A stretch of DNA of 36,116 nucleotides from a virus: IMG/VR virus record IMGVR_UViG_3300020577_012950, positions 1 to 36,116 of that record. One strand, written 5' to 3'. Under the pieces are notes generated by a model, which had not been told where the DNA came from, did no database searches, and was given only the letters and a program-made list of their open reading frames with translations. Every line of letters begins with the position of its first letter. Within the stretch, counting starts at the first letter, position 1. This document shows, piece by piece, positions 8,839 through 15,595 of the stretch. Position numbers and translations under genes: made by a program.

Positions 8839-10488
8839 ATGGCGAACAAGAAGCTCTTCAGCAATGCCAGCACCACCGGGAAGCTCCCGGAAACCAACGC
8901 CGTCAACGATGCCGGCGGCGCGGCCTACGCGTTCTCGGACGAGCACGCTCTGGCCCAGTACGCGACCACCGGCTGCCTGAACGGCACCTACTACGCGTCG
9001 GCCGAGACGCAGCTGGATCGCGTCCAGGCCCTGGCCCGGAAGGTGACGCCGAAGTTCCTGGCCCAGGTCGCCGTCTACAGCCGCGAGACCGGCCTCATGA
9101 AGGACGTGCCGGCACTGCTGCTGGCCATCCTCAGCACCCGCGACATCGAACTCACGAAGAAGGCCTTTCCGCGCGTCTGCAATGACGCCAAGATGGTGAA
9201 GAACTTCGTGCAAATCATCCGCAGCGGCACCGTGGGACGGAAGAGTCTGGGCTCGGCCCTGAAGCGCTGCATCCAGAACTGGCTGGCGTCCCGGACCGAA
9301 GAGCAGCTCTTCAACGCCGTGGTCGGCAATGACCCCAGCTTGGCGGACATCGTCAAGATGGTTCACCCCCGAGGCAAGACGGTGGCCAGGTCGAACTTCT
9401 ACCGGTACCTCATCGGCAAGGAGCTGACGGCAGCTCAGCGGAAGACTCTGCCGGCGAACGTCCGGGCCTACGAGAAGTTCAAGGCTGGCGGTGGGGTCGG
9501 TGAGGCGGTACCGGAGGTGCCGTTCCAGCTCCTGGCCAACCTGAAGCTCAGCAAGGAGCAGTACCAGCAGGTCGCCGCGAACATGAGCTGGTCCGCTCTT
9601 CGTCAGAACCTGAACCAGCTCGCCAAGCACGGCATCTTCGAGACCAGCCTGGTCGGCAAGCTGGCAAAGAAGGTCGGCGTCGTCCAGGGCGGGTTCGACG
9701 AAGTCGTGGCGGCGAAGCTCAGCGACCCTGAGCAGGTCCGGGCTGCCAAGGCCTTCCCGTTCCAGCTCTACAGCGCCTGGCAGGCGACCGCCTCCAACCT
9801 GGCTGTTCCGGAGTCGGTGCGCAATGCCCTGCAGGACGCCATGGAGACCAGCCTCGCCAACGTACCGGAGATTGCCGGCAAGCTCATTGTGGCGGTTGAC
9901 AACAGCGGTAGCATGTCCTCCAACGTCACCGGTGACCGTGGCTCTGCCACCTCGAAGGTGACCTGCCTGGACGCTGCAGCACTGATGGGCTCGGCGCTGC
10001 TGCGTCGCAACCCGAACTCGACGAAGATGATGGCCTTCAACACGGTCGTCGTCGGAGAGAACTTCAACGGCCGCGACTCGGTCGTCACCAATGCCGACAA
10101 GCTGCGGCGTCTCCTCGGTGGCGGCACCGACTGCTCGGTGGTGCTGCGGGACATGAACCGACTCGGCGTCAAGGGCATCAAGGCGGTGATTTACCTCAGC
10201 GACAACGAGTCCTGGGTCGACACCCGTGACAGCGGCAGCCGCAGCGCCTACGGCCGAGGCACCAGCATGCTCCAGGAGTGGAACACGTTCCGGACCCGCA
10301 ACCCGGACGCGAAGTTGGTCTGCATCGACATCCAGCCGAACAAGACTGGCCAGGTCGTCGACCGCCCCGACATCATGAACATCGGCGGGTTCTCGGACTC
10401 AATCTTCACCGTCATCAGCTTGTTCCTGAGCAACGATTTGACACCGGAGCACTGGGTTGGTAAAATCAAGGAGACGGTGAAGGTCTGA
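8839..10488 (+). CDS. rsr: Ro60/TROVE-domain RNA-binding protein (Rsr-like)
   Basis: N-terminal NDAGGAAY..TGCLNGTYY TROVE start, KMVHP, ALRQNLN and FPFQ motifs, and a C-terminal vWA MIDAS (VDNSGSM, GGGTDC, LSDNES). Y-like RNAs follow immediately. Confidence 0.93.
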   Translation: MANKKLFSNASTTGKLPETNAVNDAGGAAYAFSDEHALAQYATTGCLNGTYYASAETQLDRVQALARKVTPKFLAQVAVYSRETGLMKDVPALLLAILSTRDIELTKKAFPRVCNDAKMVKNFVQIIRSGTVGRKSLGSALKRCIQNWLASRTEEQLFNAVVGNDPSLADIVKMVHPRGKTVARSNFYRYLIGKELTAAQRKTLPANVRAYEKFKAGGGVGEAVPEVPFQLLANLKLSKEQYQQVAANMSWSALRQNLNQLAKHGIFETSLVGKLAKKVGVVQGGFDEVVAAKLSDPEQVRAAKAFPFQLYSAWQATASNLAVPESVRNALQDAMETSLANVPEIAGKLIVAVDNSGSMSSNVTGDRGSATSKVTCLDAAALMGSALLRRNPNSTKMMAFNTVVVGENFNGRDSVVTNADKLRRLLGGGTDCSVVLRDMNRLGVKGIKAVIYLSDNESWVDTRDSGSRSAYGRGTSMLQEWNTFRTRNPDAKLVCIDIQPNKTGQVVDRPDIMNIGGFSDSIFTVISLFLSNDLTPEHWVGKIKETVKV

Positions 10489-10496
10489 AAAGCTTC

Positions 10497-10561
10497 GCTC
10501 CACGAATGCAGGCGGGTCTACATCCTGCAAACTGACGACTCGCCAAAACTCGTCGTGGAGC
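10497..10561 (+). ncRNA. Minimal Y RNA #1 (no tRNA-like domain)
   Basis: Terminal stem GCTCCACGA/TCGTGGAGC, GAATGC internal-loop motif, and helix GGCGGGTC/GACTCGCC followed by TAC. Confidence 0.75.
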
Positions 10562-10568
10562 ACTTATA

Positions 10569-10632
10569 GGCTGAATGCAGGCAGGGGTTACTCCTTTTTT
10601 GGAAAACGACACCTCTGTCATCTTTGTCAGCC
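10569..10632 (+). ncRNA. Minimal Y RNA #2 (no tRNA-like domain)
   Basis: Stem GGCTGA/TCAGCC, GAATGC, helix GGCAGGGGT/ACCTCTGTC and TAC. Confidence 0.75.
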
Positions 10633-10641
10633 ACAATAGTT

Positions 10642-10772
10642 GGACCGAATGCCCAGCCGGGGTTACTCCTTTTAAGAGCGTGGTCCGGGTTCGAATCCCG
10701 GCTCCCCCACTGTACGGGGGAGTAGCTTAACTGGTAGAGCGCGTAACAGCCTCGGCAAACTTTCGTCGGTCC
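10642..10772 (+). ncRNA. yrlA: YrlA-type Y RNA #1
   Basis: Stem GGACCGA/TCGGTCC, GAATGC and helix GCCGGGGT/GCCTCGGC. The internal tRNA-like domain runs T arm (CCGGG TTCGAAT CCCGG), loop-closed acceptor stem (CTCCCCC/GGGGGAG), then D arm (TAGCTTAACTGGTAGAGC). Confidence 0.88.
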
Positions 10773-10775
10773 TTT

Positions 10776-10867
10776 GGGGTGGTACACTCAGTTGGTAGAG
10801 GGTCCGCCAGTAGCCCCGTAAAACGGGTGACAGTAGACGGTCGCTGGTTCAAATCCAGCCCGCCCCA
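10776..10867 (+). ncRNA. tRNA-like RNA A with expanded anticodon arm
   Basis: Acceptor GGGGTGG/CCGCCCC plus A, D loop AGTTGGTA and T arm GCTGG TTCAAAT CCAGC. There is no 7-nt anticodon loop; an extended arm ends in CCCG TAAAA CGGG. No encoded CCA. Confidence 0.75.
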
Positions 10868-10877
10868 TTGTAGCAAC

Positions 10878-10961
10878 GGACTACTAGCTCAAGAAGAGAG
10901 CGTCGGGCCCCGGCATGAAACGGGCAACCCGGAGATCGTGGTTCAAGTCCACGGTGGTCCA
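10878..10961 (+). ncRNA. tRNA-like RNA B with expanded anticodon arm
   Basis: Acceptor GGACTAC/GTGGTCC plus A, D stem GCTC/GAGC (the loop lacks GG) and T arm CGTGG TTCAAGT CCACG. The anticodon stem TCGGG/CCCGG encloses 20 nt containing CCCG GCATGAAA CGGG. Confidence 0.75.
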
Positions 10962-10970
10962 CTGTAGTAG

Positions 10971-11128
10971 CGGGGGTTAGCTCAGTCTGGTAGAGCGTCG
11001 GCATACGACTTGTTCAAAACTGGTCAGGAGTTCTGGGCCCCGCGTTCGCTGGGGTCTCAAGAGCCTGAATGCGAGCAGGTCTACACTAGGAAAAGCCGAA
11101 GCCGGAGGTTCAAATCCTTCACCCTCGA
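10971..11128 (+). ncRNA. tRNA-ended (circularly permuted) Y RNA
   Basis: Acceptor CGGGGGT/ACCCTCG plus A, canonical D arm and T arm GGAGG TTCAAAT CCTTC. The anticodon stem TCGGC/GCCGA encloses 92 nt holding the Y module in swapped order: GACTTGTTC..GTCAGG, a capping hairpin, then CCTGAATGC GAGCAGGTC TAC. Confidence 0.8.
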
Positions 11129-11130
11129 TT

Positions 11131-11257
11131 TGGCAGAATGCAGTAGGGACTACATCCAATCAGCGAATGCGGGGTTCGATTCCCCGCCGGCCTCGCCAGA
11201 GGTCGTAGTCTAATGGTAGGACAGCTGAATCCATGTCTCTGCGTCTCTTGTCTGCCA
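11131..11257 (+). ncRNA. yrlA: YrlA-type Y RNA #2
   Basis: Stem TGGCAGA/TCTGCCA, GAATGC, helix GTAGGGAC/GTCTCTGC and TAC. T arm GCGGG TTCGATT CCCGC, acceptor CGGCCTC-GCCA-GAGGTCG, D arm GTCT AATGGT AGGAC. Confidence 0.88.
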
Positions 11258-11320
11258 TCCTTTTGTCGTGGGCCAGTTTGCCTGGCGGGTCAGCTAATCG
11301 ACCTAAATAGATACCCGGAT

Positions 11321-11468
11321 ACGGAAGGTCGTTACCGTGACCCCCTCGACAATTCACATCAGATACGGGAGCCGCCGTCCAGTCCAACTCCTGTGAAGTC
11401 CGCCCAGGTTGAGCTGGATCTGGCCCTTGGACCACGTCGGGAACCACGGTTGACCGACAACTTTTTGT
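11321..11468 (+). ncRNA. 6S-RNA-like rod-shaped RNA (candidate)
   Basis: Helices GGTCG/TGACC, ACCGTG/CACGGT and CTCGAC/GTCGGG lead to a central bubble (AATTCACATCAGATAC / TGGACCAC). Beyond it are GGGAGCC/GGCCCT and the terminal arm TCCAG/CTGGA, CAAC/GTTG, CTG/CAG. Confidence 0.5.
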
Positions 11469-11497
11469 TTGACAGCTGGCTCAGATGCACGTAAGGT
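11469..11497 (+). promoter_or_regulatory. sigma70-like promoter, leaderless transcript
   Basis: TTGACA-N17-TAAGGT, with the ATG 7 nt downstream. Confidence 0.7.
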
Positions 11498-11504
11498 CGC
11501 CGCC

Positions 11505-11672
11505 ATGAACGACCAAGCCAGCAGCAAAGACGCAGACCGCACCCTCACGGAAGACGACGTCAAAGTAGCGTTCGAGCTGCCGCCCCGGCCCAATCCTGAG
11601 CTGGTCCAGGCCCTTGACATCCACTGCGGGGACTGCCACAAGGTCCCCTGGCACTGCAGCTGCTGGTTCTGA
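11505..11672 (+). CDS. Small protein with C-terminal CxxC..CxC
   Basis: ATG directly after the promoter; 55 aa. Confidence 0.6.
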   Translation: MNDQASSKDADRTLTEDDVKVAFELPPRPNPELVQALDIHCGDCHKVPWHCSCWF

Positions 11673-11684
11673 AGGAGACCTCAC

Positions 11685-11897
11685 ATGGAAGCTGACATCG
11701 TCATCAACGGGATCAAACTCACCGAAGCTCAATCCATGGCGGTCCGGGTGGCTGTTGCCGGTCAGATGATGAAGATGGCCAGCATCGAGGCCTTGGGCAC
11801 AGACGAGCACGGCCTTTTCATGAGCAAGGCTTACTGGCAGCGCCTCGGCGAGGTCCAGGAAGCGATTTTCGTCCGACTCACCAGAGGTGGAACGTGA
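11685..11897 (+). CDS. Hypothetical protein
   Basis: AAGGAG RBS and overlap with the next gene. Confidence 0.75.
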   Translation: MEADIVINGIKLTEAQSMAVRVAVAGQMMKMASIEALGTDEHGLFMSKAYWQRLGEVQEAIFVRLTRGGT

Positions 11898-12184
11898 GCC
11901 ACTACCGCAACATCACCGTCGACAAAGTCAAGTACCAGTACGTGGTCGGCCAGGTCTTGAAAGTCAAGGGGCCTGGCGGGTCCAGGGAGTTCCCAATCCC
12001 CCAGCAACCCGCCCACTATTTCTTTGACGACGAACAGATTCTGGAGTACGGTATCAGTCCCGACTCCACGGCACTCGCCGTCACCCCCGCCTACCTGAAA
12101 CAGCTGATTCGTGGCCACGAGCAAGGCCTGAAAACTGTAGACCCCAGTTCAAAACTGGCCAAGAAAGACCGGAGACGCCGATGA
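11894..12184 (+). CDS. Hypothetical protein
   Basis: GTGA overlap coupling. Confidence 0.7.
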   Translation: MSHYRNITVDKVKYQYVVGQVLKVKGPGGSREFPIPQQPAHYFFDDEQILEYGISPDSTALAVTPAYLKQLIRGHEQGLKTVDPSSKLAKKDRRRR

Positions 12185-12522
12185 ACGGAATCCGAAAAGT
12201 GACTGCTGCGGTGTTGGACCGCACCGCACAGCTGCTGCAGCGCAGCAACTCCTGGACGAAACAAACCCTGCGGGAGACCCGGAAGGGTCGAACCTGCTAC
12301 TGCCTGGTCGGCGCCCTGGAACAGGCCTGCAGTGAAATCGAAATGGGTTACCTGGCTCGGTATGCCGCCCTGAGCAAGCTCAGGTCGGTTATCGAAGGAA
12401 GGAGAATTGGCAGCAGGGCGTCTGTCGTTCCTCTTTCGGTGATTGGCTTCAACGACGACCGTCAGACCCGTCACAGCGATGTCGTGAAGGTCTTGAAGGA
12501 GGCCCGTAGCAAACTTAAGTAG
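12181..12522 (+). CDS. DUF6197-like protein
   Basis: W..Q..CYCLVGAL...FND..RHSDVVKVL pattern. Confidence 0.6.
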   Translation: MNGIRKVTAAVLDRTAQLLQRSNSWTKQTLRETRKGRTCYCLVGALEQACSEIEMGYLARYAALSKLRSVIEGRRIGSRASVVPLSVIGFNDDRQTRHSDVVKVLKEARSKLK

Positions 12523-12527
12523 GCAAC

Positions 12528-12899
12528 GGGGGTGAACTGGTTTCGACAAGGACCAGACAGCTTTAGGATGCGCGCCCGGGTTGGTCATCTCCCGGTTCAA
12601 GAAGACCAGAACACAACCGCCAACAACGGTCCCCAGCTCATGGCCGCGTAAGCGACCTGAGTTCCGACGACAAGATCGTCGGTGTTTACCCCGGAGGATG
12701 CTCCGAGTACGGGGTGAGCACAAGACACGGAGCTAGGAACCGGGAGTCGACCTCACCGGCTTTCCGAATCAAGGTCGGGTGGGAGCGCCGGTGTCCACCG
12801 GCTTGGGCGCTCCCTACAAACTGGAACCGGTGGTAACGCGCGTGAACGAATCCGTAGCTAGACGGTTTTTGCACCGGGGTTCGATTCCCCGCACCTCCA
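12528..12899 (+). ncRNA. ssrA: tmRNA (one-piece), tag (A)ANNGPQLMAA
   Basis: 5' end GGGGGTGAACTGGTTTCGAC and 3' end CGGGG TTCGATT CCCCG CACCTCC A, with the G3:U70 alanine identity pair. Tag reading frame GCC..GCCGCGTAA at 12619-12651; 372 nt; CCA not encoded. Confidence 0.95.
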
Positions 12900-13002
12900 T
12901 AGAGGACCTCCTGGAGCCTCGGCTGTACATCTCCGGGTTCACTTTTGAGGGTCTACGGCCTGAGTACCGTAGATGGTGGAGGCGGTTGAAACTGGACCGC
13001 CC

Positions 13003-13043
13003 CGAGCCCGGTGACGAGAAATCGTTGCCGGGCTCGTTTTTTT
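13003..13043 (+). terminator. Rho-independent terminator
   Basis: CGAGCCCGGTGACGA-GAAA-TCGTTGCCGGGCTCG followed by T7. Confidence 0.9.
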
Positions 13044-13055
13044 GTGTTTGGGGTG

Positions 13056-13084
13056 TTGACGGCCAGAAACGGCTCATGTACATT
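13056..13084 (+). promoter_or_regulatory. sigma70-like promoter, leaderless
   Basis: TTGACG-N17-TACATT, with the ATG 7 nt downstream. Confidence 0.75.
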
Positions 13085-13091
13085 ACGGCGC

Positions 13092-13907
13092 ATGAACGAG
13101 ACCACCCGCAACCTCCTGATGAAGCTCCGCCGGCAGTCGGTCGCTGGATTTGGCGTCAAGGAGTGGAACACGGTGCTGACCGAGCTGGGCTTTGGTTTCG
13201 CCATCACTGGCACCGGCGTCAACAAGCGCCAGGTCACCGAAGTGACGGTGACGTCGCCCCTGGGTCAGACCCTGGTCATCAGCAAAGACCCCCGGTACAA
13301 GGCGATCCACTTCTACGCTCTTCCTGGCTGGGTGAAGAGCATCGGCGTCGACCTGGTCGACGTCACCAGCATCCGCCTCGGCATGGATAGCCCTGAGCAG
13401 GAAGCCAAGCTCAAAGCCCTGTACATCCGCGACCTCACCAACACCGGCACCTGCAGCGTCTGCGGCGGCAACTTCAAGCGGGAGGCGGACGGCAGCATCG
13501 GCCACCACGGTTACACCCGGCCCGGCGACGGCATGCTCCACGGCACCTGCTTTGGCGTCGGCTTCCAGCCCTGGGAAGTGAGCAGCGCCGGTGCCGTTGC
13601 CTACCTGCAGGCGCTCGGTGGCGAGCTGGACGCGGCCAAGGAAGTCCTGGCGGCGACTGCCACCCTAACTAGCTTCCGCGAGCCCCAGAACAGCTTCGAG
13701 CAGCGCCTGGGTCGGCCCGTGGTTGTCGTCACCGCCGAGAGCCCGTACCGGTTCGCCGAACTTCGGGAAGCGGCGCTGTACAAGGCCCAGAAGCGCGTCG
13801 ACGCCATCATCAGCGCCCAGGAGACCTACGGGGCTGCTGTCGCCGCCTGGAAGGAAGATGTCCTCCCCGAAGTCAAGCACGCCGGCAAGTTCCGGAAGGT
13901 GGGCTGA
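13092..13907 (+). CDS. Hypothetical protein with putative Zn-binding CxxC..HHG..C motif
   Basis: GTCSVCGG..GHHGYTRPGDG..TCFG; high GC3. Confidence 0.75.
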   Translation: MNETTRNLLMKLRRQSVAGFGVKEWNTVLTELGFGFAITGTGVNKRQVTEVTVTSPLGQTLVISKDPRYKAIHFYALPGWVKSIGVDLVDVTSIRLGMDSPEQEAKLKALYIRDLTNTGTCSVCGGNFKREADGSIGHHGYTRPGDGMLHGTCFGVGFQPWEVSSAGAVAYLQALGGELDAAKEVLAATATLTSFREPQNSFEQRLGRPVVVVTAESPYRFAELREAALYKAQKRVDAIISAQETYGAAVAAWKEDVLPEVKHAGKFRKVG

Positions 13908-13915
13908 GATGGGTG

Positions 13916-13944
13916 TTGACGTTGCCGGGGAAGGACAGTAGGAT
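13916..13944 (+). promoter_or_regulatory. sigma70-like promoter, leaderless
   Basis: TTGACG-N17-TAGGAT, with the ATG 7 nt downstream. Confidence 0.72.
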
Positions 13945-13951
13945 CCAGACC

Positions 13952-14380
13952 ATGCCGAATCTCAAGCGCTACAAGAGTAAGCCCTTCCCTGTCTTTCAGG
14001 GTCTGAAGGTTGGGGCTGACACCCGAGTCCAAATCAAAGAGCTGCAGAAGGAATTTCCGCCGAAACCGGATTGGGTCGGTGGCGGGGAGAAGCTGCTCCG
14101 AATCCGAGCCACAGTCGAGCTGGTCGCAGACGTGGTCCTGGTCGCAGGCGAATGTGCCGGCTGCGAGACTAAATCCCCGCTGCCTGATGACGATGGGCTT
14201 TGGTTCCTCGTGGAAAACCACGACGGCAACAGGCTCGTCTTTCCCATGGAGGAAGACTGTGAAGGCGAACGGGACCGGTACCCGGTGCCGGGCTGGGGCC
14301 GATTCAACGCCGAGCTGTACTGTGAGACCTGCCTGAAGGAAGTCCAGGCTGCGGTGAAGAACCTCAAGAGGAAGAAATGA
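13952..14380 (+). CDS. Hypothetical protein with two CxxC motifs
   Basis: CAGC and CETC motifs; ATGA overlap with the next gene. Confidence 0.7.
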   Translation: MPNLKRYKSKPFPVFQGLKVGADTRVQIKELQKEFPPKPDWVGGGEKLLRIRATVELVADVVLVAGECAGCETKSPLPDDDGLWFLVENHDGNRLVFPMEEDCEGERDRYPVPGWGRFNAELYCETCLKEVQAAVKNLKRKK

Positions 14381-14808
14381 AGGCCACCGTCACTGTGATT
14401 TTTAGCGACGGCTCCGCGCTGACCAAATGCGTCGGCTTTGGGGGAGAGGCCAACATCCTCGGCGAGACCCTGAACACGGAATTCGACAGCTGGCACCAGG
14501 CGCGAGATTTTGTTATCGAGTCCTCCGCTTCTTCCGGTCTGCACGCAGCTCGGCTTCGGGAGACTGAGCTTGAGCCCACCTTCGACCTGCGATCAACGGC
14601 AGAGTACATTGAAACCATCAACGCGCAGTGGCATCTCGAAAAGGAGGCCTACGTGTTCAACTACGTCTTCATTCCGCAGCGATGCAATGTCGGTGGCGGG
14701 GAATGGTACGTCCGCCTTCGCAGCCACGACCGCTACAGCCGCAGCCGTTTCATGACCATCGAGAAGGGCCTTGGCCCTTCTTCACAGAAGGGGTTCAGCG
14801 ATGAGTAA
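14377..14808 (+). CDS. Hypothetical protein
   Basis: Overlap-coupled ORF. Confidence 0.65.
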   Translation: MKATVTVIFSDGSALTKCVGFGGEANILGETLNTEFDSWHQARDFVIESSASSGLHAARLRETELEPTFDLRSTAEYIETINAQWHLEKEAYVFNYVFIPQRCNVGGGEWYVRLRSHDRYSRSRFMTIEKGLGPSSQKGFSDE

Positions 14809-15595
14809 CGCAGACAGTCTTGGCGACCGCATGAAGCAGTACGAAGACGTGAGTCGTGTCCATCTGACGCGGCGCCTGCCCGTCATCATCCGCCTCGACG
14901 GCAAGGCCTTCCACACCTGGACGCGGGGCCTGGAGCGCCCCTACTGCCAGCCGCTCATCACCGCCATGAACGAGGTCACCAAGGCCCTCTGCGCCCAGGT
15001 CCAGAACGTGGCCATGGCGTACACACAGTCGGACGAAATCAGCCTGCTCCTGGTCGACTACCAGGACATCAAGACCGACCCCTGGTTCGGCTCGAATCTG
15101 CAGAAGATGGTCTCTGTGGCGGCGAGCATCGCCGGCTCGAAGCTGACGGCCCTGAGCCCCAGCGTCTTCAACGGGCCCCTGAAGGAAGCCGTCTTCGACG
15201 CTCGGGCCTTCGTTCTGCCCGAGTCAGAGGTCTGCAACTACTTCATCTGGCGCCAGCAGGACTGGAACCGAAACAGCCTCCAGATGCTGGCCCAGAGCCT
15301 GTACAGCCAGAAGGAGCTGGAGGGTAAAGGCCGAGCCGAGCAACACGACCTCTGCTTCAAGAAGGGCTACAACTGGGCAGACCTGGACTCGCACCTGAAA
15401 GACGGCCGCGTCGTCCAGAAGCACACCGTCAAGAAGATGGTCCACTTCCGGGGCAGCGTCCTGGGCAATCCCGAGGGGGAGGACGTCGAGGTCGAGCGCA
15501 GTGAGTGGCAGGTCCTGCCGGTGACGCCCGTCTTCAGCCAGAACCGGCGCAGCGTCGACCACCACGTCCCGGGCATGCACGGGGCTCCGTTTTGA
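14801..15595 (+). CDS. thg1: tRNA(His) guanylyltransferase Thg1-like protein (3'-5' polymerase family)
   Basis: LGDRMKQYE, IIRLDGKAFH, YTQSDEISL, FDARAF and NYFIWRQQD motifs. Confidence 0.92.
   Translation: MSNADSLGDRMKQYEDVSRVHLTRRLPVIIRLDGKAFHTWTRGLERPYCQPLITAMNEVTKALCAQVQNVAMAYTQSDEISLLLVDYQDIKTDPWFGSNLQKMVSVAASIAGSKLTALSPSVFNGPLKEAVFDARAFVLPESEVCNYFIWRQQDWNRNSLQMLAQSLYSQKELEGKGRAEQHDLCFKKGYNWADLDSHLKDGRVVQKHTVKKMVHFRGSVLGNPEGEDVEVERSEWQVLPVTPVFSQNRRSVDHHVPGMHGAPF

Noticed and set aside
10776-11128. Ordinary tRNAs with introns
   Set aside because: I found no excision at the canonical 37/38 position that gives a convincing U33-containing loop, saw no clear bulge-helix-bulge, and the inserts are too short for group I introns. 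Not fully excluded.
10497-11257. CRISPR array (recurring GAATGC motif)
   Set aside because: The repeats are too short, irregularly spaced and embedded in covarying helices; no cas genes are present.
11287-11310. Pistol ribozyme-like hairpin followed by AAATAG
   Set aside because: No nearby pseudoknot partner for the loop and no P2/P3 arrangement.
10518-11494. Short ORFs called across the ncRNA array
   Set aside because: They lack RBSs and the GC3 bias of real genes, and the region is fully explained by RNA structures.
12901-13002. Hammerhead or HDV/theta ribozyme 3' of tmRNA
   Set aside because: CTGAGTA does not match CUGAnGA, the GAAAC is mis-spaced, and there is no HDV P3/L3 core.
12091-13390. 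ORFs overlapping the tmRNA
   Set aside because: They conflict with the tmRNA, the terminator and the promoter, and show no coding signals.
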